Shown: positions 9,391 to 21,339 of the stretch, one piece after another
How positions within the stretch are numbered: the first letter of the stretch is position 1
Layout: the number at the start of each line of letters is the position of its first letter
Origin: Chiloscyllium plagiosum
Lineage: Eukaryota
Direction: 5' to 3'
DNA: 33,408 nt
NCBI RefSeq assembly: GCF_004010195.1
Contig: NW_025214709.1
Span: 1 to 33,408, forward strand
Made by a program: the position numbers and the translations under genes
The notes under the pieces: generated by a model
Databases searched by the model: none
The model's input: only the letters and a program-made list of their open reading frames with translations
Told to the model about the DNA's origin: nothing

Positions 9391-12365
9391 GGGGACCAGG
9401 GTTCAAATCCTGGCACAGCAGATGGTGGAATTTGAATTGAATAAAGAATATCTGGAATTAAGAATCTACTAATGACCATGAAACCCACATGTTTCGCTAA
9501 TGTCCTTCAGGGAAGGAAATCTGCCATCCTCTCATCATCTGGCCTACATGTGACTATAGACCCACAGCAATGTGGTTAACTCTCAACTCCCTCTAAAATG
9601 CCTAGCAAGATACTCAGTTGTATCAATTGCTACAAAGTCTCAACAAAGAAATGAAACTGGACGGATTGCCTGGCATTGATGTAGACACCAGAAAAGACAA
9701 CGCCAGAAACAGCCCTGTCAACGCTGCAAAGTCCTCCTTACTAACATCTGGGGGCTAGTGCCAAAATTGGGACAGCTGTCTCATAGATTACTCAAGCAAC
9801 AGCCTGACATCGTCATAATTACAGAATCACTACCTTAGGGCAATGCCATCATTCCTGGATATGTCCTGTTCCACCAGCAGGACAGACCCCGCAGAGGTGG
9901 TGGTGCACATAGTATATAGTGGGAGGGAGGTGCCCTGGGAGTCCTCAATATTGACTTCAGACCCCAGGAAATCTCATGGCTTCAGGTTAAACATGGGCAA
10001 GGTAACCTCCTGCTGATAACCACATACTATCCTCCCTCAGCTGATGAATCAGTACTGTTCCATTTGAACAACACTTAGAGGAAGCACTGAGGGTGGCAAG
10101 GGCACAACATGTACTCTGGGTGGGGGATTCCAACACCAAGAGTGGCTCTGCAGCAGCATTGCTGATCGAGTTGGTTGGGTCATAAAGGACATAGCTGCTT
10201 GACTGGGTCTGCATTATGATGAGGGAAGCAACAAGAGGAAAAAATATACTTGACATCATCCTTAACAATCTGCCAACTGCAAATGTATTGTAAGAATGAC
10301 CACTGCACAGTCCTTGTGGAGACAAAGTCCCACCTTCACATTGAGAATATTTCCATTGTATTGTGTGGCACTATCACCATGCTATCACCAAACGTGAGAG
10401 ACTTCGAACGGATCCAGCAACTCAAGACTGAGCATCCATGAGGCACTGTGGGCCATCAACAGCAGCAGAATTGTACTCCAGCACAATCTGTACCCTCATG
10501 GCCCGGCATATCTCCCACTCAACCAATACCTCAAGCCAGGGGATCAACCCTGGTTCTATGGAGAGTGCAGGAGGGCACACCAGGAGCAGCACCACACATA
10601 TCTAAACATGAGGTGGCAACCTAGTGAATCTATCAAACAGGACTAATTGCATACCAAAAAGCATAAGCAGCAAGTGATAGACAGAGCAAAACAACCCTGC
10701 AGCCAATGGATCAGATCTTAGCTCTGCAGTCGTGCCACATCCAGTCAGGAATGATGGTGGAAAATTAAACAGCTCACTGGAGGAAAAGGCTCCACAAATA
10801 TCCCCATCCTGAGTGATGTGGAAGCCTGCACATCAGGGCAGAAGATAAGGCTGAAGGATTTGCAACAGCCTTCAGCCAGAAATGTTGATTGGATGATCCA
10901 TTTTTGCCTCCTTCAGTGGTCCCCTGCATTACAGATACCAGTCTTCAGCCAATTCGATTCACTCCATGTGATATCAAAAAATGGTTGGAGACACCGGTTA
11001 CTGCAAAAGCGATGGGCCTTGACAACATTCTAGCGATAGTACTGAAGACTTAAGCTCCAGAGCGTGCTGCTCTCTGAGCCAAGTTCTTCCAATAAAGTTA
11101 CAATACTGACATCTACCTGACAATGTGGAAAATTGCCCAGGTACATCCTGTGCATAAAAAGCGGGGTAAATCCAAGCCAGGTAATTACTGCCCATCAATC
11201 TCTGAATTCCAGAGGTGAGGTGAGAGTGGCAACCCTTGACATCAAAGCCAGATTCGACCAAGTGTGGCATCAAGGTGCCCTAGCCAAGCTGGAAGCAGTG
11301 GGTTCTGGGGAAAATTCTCTGCTGGTTGGAGTCGTACCTGGCACATAGGAAGACGGTTGTGGTTGTTGGATGTCAGTCACCTGAACTCCAGGACACCTCT
11401 GTAGGAGTTCCTCAGGGTAATGCCCTCAGCCCAAACATCTTCAGCTGCTTCATCAATGGCTTTCCTTCCATAGTAAAGTCAGAAGGAGGGGTGTTCGCTC
11501 ATTATTGCACAATGTTCAAAACCATTTGTGACAGTCCATGTTCAAATGCAACAACATCTGGACAATATCCAGGCTTGGGCTGACAAGTGGCAGGTAACAT
11601 TTGCACAACACAAATGCCAGGTAATGACCATCTCTAATAAGAGACAATCTAATCACTGCCAATTGACATTCAATGGCATTACCATCACTGAACCCCATTA
11701 TTAACATCCTGGGGGGTTATCATTCACCAGAAACTCAATTGGACTTGCCACATAAACACAGTGGCACGAAAAGCAGGATGGGGCTGGGAATCCTGTAGCA
11801 AGTAACTCACCTCCTGACTCTCCAAAGCCTGTCCATCATCGACAAGGCACAAGTCAGGAGTGTGATGGAATACTCTCTACTTGCCTGGATGAGTGCAGCT
11901 CCAACAACACTCAGGAATGCTCAATGCCATCCAGAATAAAGCAGTCCACTTGATTGGGACCACATCCACTTCCTCCACCACCTATACTCAGTAGCAGCAG
12001 TGTGTATCATCTACAAGAGGCACTGTAGAAATTCACTAGAGATTCTTAGACAGCATCCCCAAACCCATGATCACTTCCATCCAGAAAGACAAGGGCAGCA
12101 GATACAAGGCAACACCACCCCTACAAGATCCCCTCCAAGCCACTCACCATCCTGACTTGGAAATATATCATCATTCCTTCACTGTCATTGGGTCAAGATC
12201 CTGGAACTCCCTCCCTAATCCCATACTGGGTAAACCTACAGCACTCCACCTGCAGTGGTTTAAGAAGGCAGCTCACCACCACTTTTTCAAGTGTAACTAG
12301 GGGTGGGAAATCAATGCTGAGCCAACCGGCAATGCCCACGTCCTGTAAAAGGACAAAAGAAAACT
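9391..12365 (+). mobile_element. Near-complete decayed APE-RT non-LTR retrotransposon (CR1/Jockey-group, clade unresolved) with a tRNA-like head and no ORF1
   Basis: B-box GTTCAAATCC at 9401. Endonuclease KVLLTNIWGLVPKLGQLSHRLLKQQPDIVIITES from 9728. RT motifs RVATLDIKARFDQVWHQG and GVPQGNALSPNIFSCFIN...VFAHYCT. Many stops and frameshifts, plus an internal deletion near 11200. Confidence 0.85.
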
Positions 12366-13489
12366 CTTGAGATCATGAAAGTCACTGCAGAGGTGTAGGT
12401 TTTTCTTGCCTTATTCTCTGCTCAACAAGGCAGGGATCATAAATGAGAACAGGAGTAACAAAGTAAGAAGACAAGGCGGAATTTTACTTGGTCGAGGAGC
12501 TGGACTAGTTCAAGGAGGATATTAAAAGGTGTGGCAGAGCAGTCTCATAGTGGAAGGCACTCCAGAGATTAGAGCAGGAACAGCTGAAAGTCTCTGCTAC
12601 CTGATAGTCAAATGAAAGCACTGGAAACCCTGACAACGGACAAACCCTTGGTTTCTCGCTGATCAGTTTTAGAAAGGAACCCCGCCTTTCCGCTGGGGAC
12701 TGTGAGGTGTGAGTAAATTTATCTTGGTAACATTAGCCAGTGACTCAGTGCATTCCACTGTCTACCCTGACTCCCAGGGCTATATTTGGAACAAAGCCTA
12801 TCAGCTGGGAGAGATTACCAGCGAAGGGTATCCCCTCCTCCCATTAGGGGTTCATGTTCCAGTCCACCAAGGACACACGCAGCGTGCAAAACAAGATCAG
12901 TATTGACTGTGCAGACTGGGAAAACCACAGGGTTTATTCCTCAGTCTGTGCTAAGCTAGCTGATCTCATCTGGGAGGCCTCGACAATTGCTTCATAGTAT
13001 GTTCCAGTACAGAAGGCATCCATGGTACCTGCATTGGTTCTTTATATGTTACCCAATTAGTTCCTCTTACACAGCTCAGCATTGCTTTTCCTTTCCAAGT
13101 TTTTATCCAATTTCCAGTTTCTGAAGATTCCTATTGATTCGGCTTCCACTGCCCTTTCAGGTAGTGCTCTTCAGATCACAACAATTGCTGTTTAAAAAGA
13201 AAAGCCCCTTTTCTTATGCAGTATAAATCACTGCTCCCTTTGGGATTTGGTTTCCTTACATCTGTCCTAAGCGGTAGATGGAAAGACCACATCTCTTTCT
13301 CCAGTTATGCTCAAAAAAAAAGCTTACCTTCAATTGATGTCCCAACAGCCAGTTTCTTCCTGTCTACACTATCAAACCCCCCATAACTCTGTGAATACAC
13401 TTTGACACCTTCTTATACTGAGAAAAGTAGTTTTGTTATGGAAAAACTTGCACCTCTAAGATCACTTCCTGCTCTCAGATGATCTCAAA

Positions 13490-13690
13490 TTGGACAGGTA
13501 TCATCCATTCCTCTATTGTCGCTGGGTCAAAATCCAAAATGTATGTGACAGCACAGTGGGAGCACCTGCACCATATTGGCAGTGGTTCAGGATGAAGGTT
13601 CACCACGACATTGAAAGGTCAATTTGGGATAGGCAAAGTAGGGCCGGCCTTGTTGTGCAATGCCCATATTCCAAGGTCAAATAAAGAAAC
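13490..13690 (+). mobile_element. 3' end fragment of the same LINE family as 9391-12365
   Basis: CATTCCTCTATTGTCGCTGGGTCAAAATCC..GCAGTGGTTCAGGA..TCACCAC..AATGCCCA parallels 12160-12360. Confidence 0.7.
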
Positions 13691-14114
13691 GTTACTGCCG
13701 TATAACAGGAAAAGATCATTCAGGGCTTCTTCTGTTGATTACGACCTAGTTTTCATCATCTAGTGTGGTCTGGCAGGGATGTCTGAGACCAACTGGAACT
13801 AGCGAGAAGAGATAATGTTAATTTTGGGATAATTGGGTGAGAATTTGATTGGTAGAGTTTTGGGATCAGAGAGTTGAAATAAAACTCTGACTGCAAAAGA
13901 ATGTGCCTGGATTCCATCTAACTAACATATAACCACTGGTGCTTAATGCCTGTGACTCCAGTCCAGAAACTGTCCTGCTATCAGGTGACATTAGGGATCA
14001 ATTGTGATCAAATATCTCCCATTGACACTGATCCAGATCACTTGGGTTGAGATAGTGGACAGGTACTGAAGAGAGCAGAAATGTGTTGGAGTGAAATCGA
14101 TCTGGTAGGAGATA

Positions 14115-14259
14115 GCGCAGCAGGTCAGGCAGCATCCAAGGAACAGGAAATCGACGTTTCGGGCATAAGCCCTTCTTCAGGAATGCTGAAGACCTGCTGC
14201 GCTTTTCCAGCAACACATTTTCAGCTCTGATCTCCAGCATCTGCAGTCCTCACTTTCCC
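14115..14259 (-). mobile_element. 145-bp Penelope-type non-autonomous element with a 13-bp target-site duplication
   Basis: Direct repeat CTGGTAGGAGATA at 14102-14114 and 14260-14272. Internal inverted repeat 14115-14137 / 14181-14202. Confidence 0.8.
14149..14184 (-). ncRNA. Candidate minimal type I hammerhead ribozyme
   Basis: Minus strand: CTGAAGA-A-GGGC-TTAT-GCCC-GAAAC-GTC. This has the CUGANGA core, 4-bp stem II, GAAA, palindromic ACGT helix III and a GUC cleavage triplet. Proximal stem I is weak. Confidence 0.6.
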
Positions 14260-14852
14260 CTGGTAGGAGATATCCCTACTCACCATGAATGGGGAAGGGG
14301 AGAGAGGGGCTCAATTGGTTTGGAAGAAGGTTTCATTCATGCCCCAAAATACCTTTTTGAATTCAGCAACAAACATCGAACTTCCTGTCAAAAACAGAGG
14401 TCAGAAAAGCATCTCCTTCCCCACCAACCACACCCTCAAAATTCCAGGCTGAAACTATCTGAACCAGCTGTCTGAAAAGCATGTCAGCAGTGAACAGCTG
14501 TTCCCTACGGTTGGGTAACCACAGAAATCAGACACATTTGTTCAATTAATGTGGAGAAAGATTCCACTGATCGGATTTCTCATGAAATGATACACCAGAG
14601 AAGGAGGTCATTTGACGCAACATGTTGGTGCTAGCCCTTTGAAAGACCCATTTCCCTGATGTCTGCCCACACCATATAAATCTTTACCTAATGAATCTGT
14701 CTATGCTGCCCTTTCAGCCTGCACTTTGTAATCACAACAATTTTGAGAAAGTTAACAATGCAGATTGTTATTTGATACAGCTTCTTGACCCTTAGTGCTT
14801 GATTTACATTCAGGTGATTACTGCAACATCCGAACACCTAGTCCTTCTACAC

Positions 14853-15625
14853 AGTCAGTTCAGTGCTGAGGGAGCAGGCACTATCAGAGGGTCAGTGCTG
14901 AGGGAGCGGGTTCTGTCGGAGGGTCAGTGCTGAGGGATCGGGCACTGTCAGAGGGTCAGTGCTGAGGGAGCGGGCACTGTCGGAGGGTCAGTGCTGAGGG
15001 ATCGGGCACTGTCAGAGGGTCAGTGCTGAGGGAGCGAGTACTGTCAGAGGGTCAGTGCTGAGGGAGCGCCACATTGTCGGAGGGTCAGAGGGAGCGCTGC
15101 ATTGTCGGACAGTCAGTGCTGAGGGAGCAGGCGCTGTCAGATGGTCAGTGCTGAGGGACGCCGCATTGATGGAGGGTCAGAGGGAGAGCCGCGCTGTGGA
15201 GGGTCAGTGCTGAGGGAGCACCACACTGTCGAAAGGTCGGTGCTGAGGGAGCACTGCATTGTTGGAGGGTCAAAGGGAATGCCGCACTGTCGGAAGGTCA
15301 ATGCTGAGGGACCAGACACTGTTTGAGGGTCAGTGCTGAGGGAGAGGGCACTGTCGGAGGGTCAGTGCTGAGGGAGCGGGCACTGTCAGAGGGTCAGTGC
15401 TGAGGGAACACCGCACTGTCGAAGGGTCAGTGCAGAGGGAGTGTTGCATTGTTGGAAGGTCAGTGCTGAGGGAGCAGGCGCTGTCAGACAGTCAGTGCTG
15501 AGGGAGCACGGCACTATTGGAGGATAGTGCTGAGAGAACGGGCGCTGTCGCAGAGTCAGTGCTGAGGGAGTGCCCCACTGTTGGAGGGTCAGTGCTGAGG
15601 GAGTGCAGTGTCAGAGGCAGTGCTT
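14853..15625 (+). repeat. 32-33-bp GGGTCAGTGCTGAGGGAG minisatellite, array 2
   Basis: About 24 units, same family as 5255-6517. Confidence 0.95.
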
Positions 15626-15721
15626 GATGAATGTGGCAGGACTGTAGAGCTTAAATTGGTGCCTTGCTTGGAGAATCATTTAAATCTGCAAATCACTTGC
15701 TGCTTCTGCTATTTTTCACAC

Positions 15722-18135
15722 AAGTATCCTGCGTTGTAGCATTGACTGGTTGACACCTCATTTTTCAGCATGCTTGATGTGGTACTGCTCCTGGCATACC
15801 CTGCTGCATTCTCCATTGAACTAGGGTTGATTCCCTAGCTTGATGGTAACTGTACGGTGGAACATGGTGGGCCATGAGGTTGTAGATTGTGTTGGAGTAC
15901 ATTTCTGCTGCTGCTGATGGCTAGATCTGTTCAAGGTCTGTCCCATTTAGTGTCATAATAATGCCACAAAAGACAAGGATTGGATGGAGGAGCTAGTCAG
16001 GGTTGATTAGAAGGGGAGCCTAGCAGGGAAGACAGTGGAGCAGCAATGGCAGGAGTTTCTGGGGGTAATTCAGGAGGCACAGCAGAAATTCATCCCAAGG
16101 AAGAAGAAACATACTAATGGGAGGATGAGGCAACCATGGCTGACCAGGGAAATCCGGGACAGCATTAGAGCAGTAAAAAAAGCATACAACCTGCTGACGA
16201 TGAGTGGGAAGCTAGAGGATTGGGAAGCCTTTAAAAACTGGCAGAGGACAACTGAAAAAGCAACAACAGAGGAGAAGGTGAAGGACTGTAATCACCTGAA
16301 TGTGTGATGTACTGTCTACCATTAAGAGTTAAAATAACAATCTGCATCAAGTTAAATCTCTCAAGCTAGTATATAAGATTGCAAGTTTTTTTAGATAACT
16401 AAAAGGTAATAGAGGGGCAAGAGGGGACATTGGACTGTTGGAAAAGAGGCTGGGGAAGTAGTAATGGGGAAAAAAGAAAGGGGCAGAGGAACTAAATAGT
16501 ACTTTGCATCAATATAGACACCAGTGGTATACTAGAACTTCAAAAGAGTCACGGCTGGAGATGAGTGTACTGACCATACGAAGGAGAAGACGGTGGGAAG
16601 CTGAAAGTGGATAAATCTCCTGGATGGGATGGTCATACATTAACATTATACATTAACAAACTGGATGAAGGAACTTAGGTCTTTGTTGTTAAGTTTGCAG
16701 ATGGCACAAAGATAGGTGGAGGGACAAGTAGTGTTGAGAAAACTTGGAGGCTGCAGAAAGACTTTTCAGGCTAGGAGAGAGGTGGCAGATGGAATACAAT
16801 GTGGAAAAAAGTGATGTTATGCACTCTGGTGGGAAGAATAGAGGTGTAAACTATTTTCTAAACAGGGAGTGGCTACAGAAATCTTAAGCACAAAGGGAAT
16901 TAGGAATCCTAGTTCAGGATTTTCTTAAGGTTAACCTGCAGGTTTAGTTGGTGGTTAGTAAGGCAAATACAATGTTAGCATTCATTTTGAGACGGCTAGG
17001 AGACAAGGGCAGCTGAGGCTGTATAAGGTTCTGGTCAGACTGCATTTGGAATATTGTGAGCAGTTTTGGGCTCCATATCCAAGGAAGGATGTGCTGGCCT
17101 TGGAGGAAGGCCAGAGGAGATTCACAAGAATGTTGCCAGGGATGATGGGCTCGTCATACTCCAGGTCTGTACTTGATGGAGCTTAGATGGATGAGGTGGA
17201 ATCTCATTGAAACTCACAGGATATAGAGAGGCCTGGATAGAGTGGACTTGGAAAAGATGTTTCCACTAGTAGGAGAGACTAGGACTGGAGGGCACCACCT
17301 CTGAGTGAAGGGACAGCCTTTAGAACTGAGGTGAGGAGGAATTTCTTCAACCAGAGGATGATGACTGTGAAACTCATTGCTGTAGAAGACTGTAGGAGGA
17401 GGCCAAGTCTTTAAATGTCTTTAAGACAGGGATAGATGCATTCTTGATTGGTGGAGGGGGAAGGCAGGAGAATGGGATTGAGAAACATACCAGCCGTGAT
17501 CGAATGGCAGAGCAGATTCAGTGGGCTGAATGGCCTGATTCTGCTCCTATATCTTATGGTATTCTCAATGTGAAGATAGGACTTTGTCTCACAAGGGCTG
17601 TACAATAATCTCTCCCAGCTTTCCTGTCATAGACAGATGCATCCACGGCAGGCTGTAGATGTCCAATTTCCTTTGGTAAGGATGAGATCAAGTCTTTTAT
17701 TCCCGATCCTGGTTCCCTTACCACCTGCTTTAAACTCAGTCTCGCAGCTTTGTCTCCAAGCACTCAACCGGCTTTATGAGTTGTGGTGCTGCCAAGCTGC
17801 TCTCAGTGATGGACATTGAAGCTCTCCTACCTAGATACATTCTGCCAACTTCAGTGCTTCCTCCAAGTGGTGTTCGACATGGGAGAATACTAATTCACCA
17901 GCTGGGAAGCTGGGGAGAGGCTGGTACATGAGAATCAGTGAGAGTTTCCTTCCCATGATTAACCTGATGACATGAGGCTTCCTGAGGTCCAAAGTCAATA
18001 TTGAGCACCCCATAGCAACTCCCTAAGTGCATACCACCATGCTGTCACTTGTGCTCGGTCTGACCTGCCAGTGGGACAGGACATAATTGGGGATGGTGAT
18101 CATACTGTTTGAGACATTGTCTGTAATATATGATA
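15722..18135 (-). mobile_element. Antisense fragment of the 9391-12365 LINE family (15722-15980 and 17560-18135), split by a CR1 insertion
   Basis: Both pieces are reverse complements of about 9840-10640. The reference GCCACAC..ATTCTCAATGTGAAG junction is interrupted by the CR1. Confidence 0.75.
15981..17559 (+). mobile_element. 5'-truncated, internally deleted CR1 ORF2 with 3' UTR
   Basis: EQQWQEFLGVIQEAQQKFIPRKKK..PWLTREI, VDKSPG, KFADGTKIGG, HLEYCEQFW; tail GGGCTGAATGGCCTGATTCTGCTCCTATATCTTATGGT. Confidence 0.85.
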
Positions 18136-18849
18136 CTACACCCAAATCAGTATTTGTCTAAGGCCACAGACAATGGTTATGAAAGATCAAGGGGCTGCCC
18201 TGGAACATTGTATTGTGTTAAAGGTACTATATTAATGCAAGCAAATGTTGGCAGTGAAGAACTTCGAGATGTTCTGAGCATGGGAAAGAAATTTTTTAAA
18301 TCTTTAACTTGAAAGACATCCTCAGTCAGAAAGCCAAGCAAGGCAGATGGGAAGTATTGAACTGCCTAGTTTCTGCAAGCAGTTTGCCCTCCATTTGCTG
18401 TGATTGAGGGCCGTGCAGAACTTTAAGAAGTCTCTATTGATGCATCTGCCACTCAACTAAATTAAATTCAAGGAAGGACTGCACAAGGGCTCCTCTGGGA
18501 GTTTAACACGATACATTGCCATTACAAATCTCTGGTAAGTCGCTGGGAAGTCAGGTTCAATTTGTTTTCTGGAGGGTCCTCCAAGGCTGTGTGAGGTTGG
18601 ATTAATACATTTGCGTGAAGAGATTTATTTCTCCAGAGGGTACGACTCATCTTAAAGTAAATAGGCTCAATCTGGTCTGTGCAGTCATAAAAACACTTGT
18701 TTTTAAAAACTGCCCGATGTGTCCTCCCTGAGTTCTAAATTTTAGTCACTTAAGAGTGGTTCGTTTGGGGTGGGGAATTTCCATCCGTACCAGTTGCTCC
18801 CAGTTATTCAGGTTTTGACAACACTATTCTCCTCGTGATTATTCCAGTA

Positions 18850-20140
18850 GGAGTCACTGGACAGTGAGCAGGACCAGGAACCCTGGCTGATTTCCCCTCG
18901 CTCTCTTCAATATAACGGTCAGTAGACAGTGACCAGGAGCAGGAACCCTGGCTGATTTCGCTCCCCACCTCTTCTCGAATATAGGGGTCAGTGGTCAGTG
19001 ACCAGGAGCAAGAGCCCTGGCTCTCTCTCTAATATAGGGGTCAGTGGGCAGTGACCAGGAGCAGGAACCCTGGTGGATTTCCCCCCCCTCTCACTAATAT
19101 AGGGGTCAGTGGACAGTGACCAGGAGCAAGAACCCTGGCTGATTTACCCCCTCTCTCTCTCGAATATAGGGGTCAGTGGACAGTGACCAGGAGCAAGAGC
19201 CCTGGCTGATATCCCCCCTCTCTCTAATATAGGGGTCAGTGGGCAGTGACCAGGAGCAGGTACCCTGGCTGATTTCTCCACTGTCTCTCTAATATAGGGG
19301 TCAGTGGGCAGTGACCAGGAGCAGGAACACTGGCTGATTTCTCCACTGTCTCTCTAATATAGGGGTCAGTGGGCAGTGACCAGGAGCAGGAACCCTGGCT
19401 GATTTACTCCCCACTCTTTCTCTCTAATATAGGGGTCAGTGGGCAGTGACCAGGAGCAGGAACCCTGGCTGATTCCCCCCCCCCTCTCTAATATAGGGGT
19501 CAGTGAGCAGTGACCAGGAGCAGGAACACTGGCTGATTTCCCCACTGTCTCTCTAATATAGGGGTCAGTGGGCAGTGACCAGGAGCAGGAACCCTGGCTG
19601 ATTTACTCCCCACTCTCTCTCTCTAATATGGGGTCAGTGGTCATTGACCAGGAGCAAGAGCCCTGGCTCTCTCTCTAATATAGGGGTCAGTGGGCAGTGA
19701 CCAGGAGCAGGAACCCTGGCTGATTTCCCCCCCACTCTCTCTCTCTAATATAGGGGTCAGTGGATAGTGACCAGGAGCAGGAACCCTGGCTAATTTCCCT
19801 CCCCCTCTTTCTCTCTAATATAGGGGTCAGTGGATAGTGACCAGGAGCAGGAACCCTGGCTGATTTCCCGCTCCCTCTCTCTCTAATATAGGGGTCAGTG
19901 GGCAGTGACCAGGACAGGAAACCTGGCTGAATTATTCCCCTCTCTCTCTAATATAGGGGTCAGTGGGCAGTGCCCAGGAGCAGGAACCCTGGCTGATTTC
20001 CCCTCTCTCTCTCTCTCTCTAATATAGGGGTCAGTGGGCAGTGACCAGGAGCAGGAACCCTGGCTGATTTACTCCCTCTCTAATGCAGCATTGATACAAA
20101 CACTGAGCAGGAGCAGGAACCCTGGCTGGTTTTTCCACTC
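18850..20140. repeat. About 65-bp minisatellite (TAATATAGGGGTCAGTGGGCAGTGACCAGGAGCAGGAACCCTGGCTGATTT plus a variable C/T tract)
   Basis: About 18 well-formed units plus degenerate edge units. Confidence 0.95.
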
Positions 20141-20169
20141 AGGACACAATGTAACTTCGCTCCATTTGA

Positions 20170-20480
20170 CAATAACATCTTGCATTCATATGGAGCCTTT
20201 AAAGTTTTAAAATATGCAGCAAGGTCAGAGAAAATAGGAAATTGTGCCAGATGAGGAGATTTTAGGACAAACGAACCAAAGAGTAGGTTCTAGGCACTCC
20301 TTAAAGGAGAAGTGAGAGAGATGGAGAGGTTCAGAAAGGAATTCCAGTGCTTAAGATTGAGTGGTGCAAATATGGAAACTGGGAGAAGACTCTTCTAGCG
20401 GCCAGATTTAGAAGAGTACAGATCTTTTTGAGGATTGTAGAGATGCAGGTATTGAAGGATATTGTGAGGGAGCGGCGACG
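20170..20480 (-). mobile_element. Old L2-like LINE 3' end
   Basis: TTGCATTCATATGGAGCCTTTAA..AGGAGATTTTAGGACA..TTAAAGGAGAAGTGAGAGAGATGGAGAGGTT..GGAATTCCAG; related to the flanks at 25395-25483 and 26570-26660. Confidence 0.55.
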
Positions 20481-21185
20481 GCAAGGCCACCAAGCCATTC
20501 CAACACGAGATGATGTTGGTAAAATGGAGGCATTGCTGAAATGTGAGACTGTCCAGGTCAGCATGTACAACTGGATGGGAGTCAGTGTTCCTGCTAGAAG
20601 CTCCAATCACATGCCAACGCATAGCTTAAAGCTTCCAGTAGCCACTGCCACACACAAGAACCTCTGAACTCTTTACTGTGACAAAAAAAACCCATAGGAA
20701 GGAGTTGTGCTGATGGACGGGTCGATGAGTCCTGAGGCAAATTAGGACATGAGATAGCAGGGATGATCTCAAGCTGGGACTACCTTTCCTCATACCCTCT
20801 CCCACCACCAGTGCACCACACATGTAGCTCAGTCCCTCTCCCACTTTGAGCACTTCATGTGCCAGGAAAGCTGTGAGATTTTAAAAGATATTACTGGACA
20901 CTTGCAGGCTAGACAGATGTTTAAACGCCTTCATTTCGAAGTTACTGCGTCTTCATTGCTGCCAGCTCCCGGACCTCCCATTGACTCAAATCCAATTAGA
21001 TGTTCTTGTTGTAATATGGAGATACAAAACAAGGTCTGATCAGTAAATTAATATTCCTGGCACAAATGTTCATTAATATAAGATAAGACAGTGATTCCTC
21101 TACCCACTACTTTATTTCTGTTGGTTTCTCCTCTGTAGCCTCCTTTACTCTTAGCCCCATGCATTCTGTGCAGTTCCTCGCTTCT

Positions 21186-21322
21186 TCAGTTCTGAAGAAG
21201 TCATATTGAACTTGAAATGTCAGCTCTCTTTCTCTCACCACAAGTGCTGCCAGGCCTGCTGAGTTTTTAGAGCATTTCTATTTTCATTTCAGATGTCCAG
21301 CATCCGCAATGTTTTGTTTTAA
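21186..21322 (+). mobile_element. Decayed Penelope-type short repeat with a degenerate hammerhead motif
   Basis: AGTT-CTGAAGA-AGTCATATTGAACTT-GAAATGTC-AGCT, then TGCTGCCAGGCCTGCTGAGTTTT..AGCATTTC..CAGATGTCCAGCATCCGCA. Confidence 0.6.
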
Positions 21323-21339
21323 TTAGAAGGATCTTCAGT

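Noticed and set aside
12900..12980. Possible additional tRNA-SINE fragment (CAGTCTGTGCTAAGCTAGCTGATCTCA)
   Set aside because: Too short and degenerate to assign without a search.
18850..20140. CRISPR-like repeat-spacer appearance
   Set aside because: Spacers are short related C/T slippage tracts, not unique sequences. The context is a vertebrate intron with no cas genes.
20331..21039. Short ORFs of 60-106 aa
   Set aside because: No recognisable domain or splice context; partly overlap decayed L2-like sequence.
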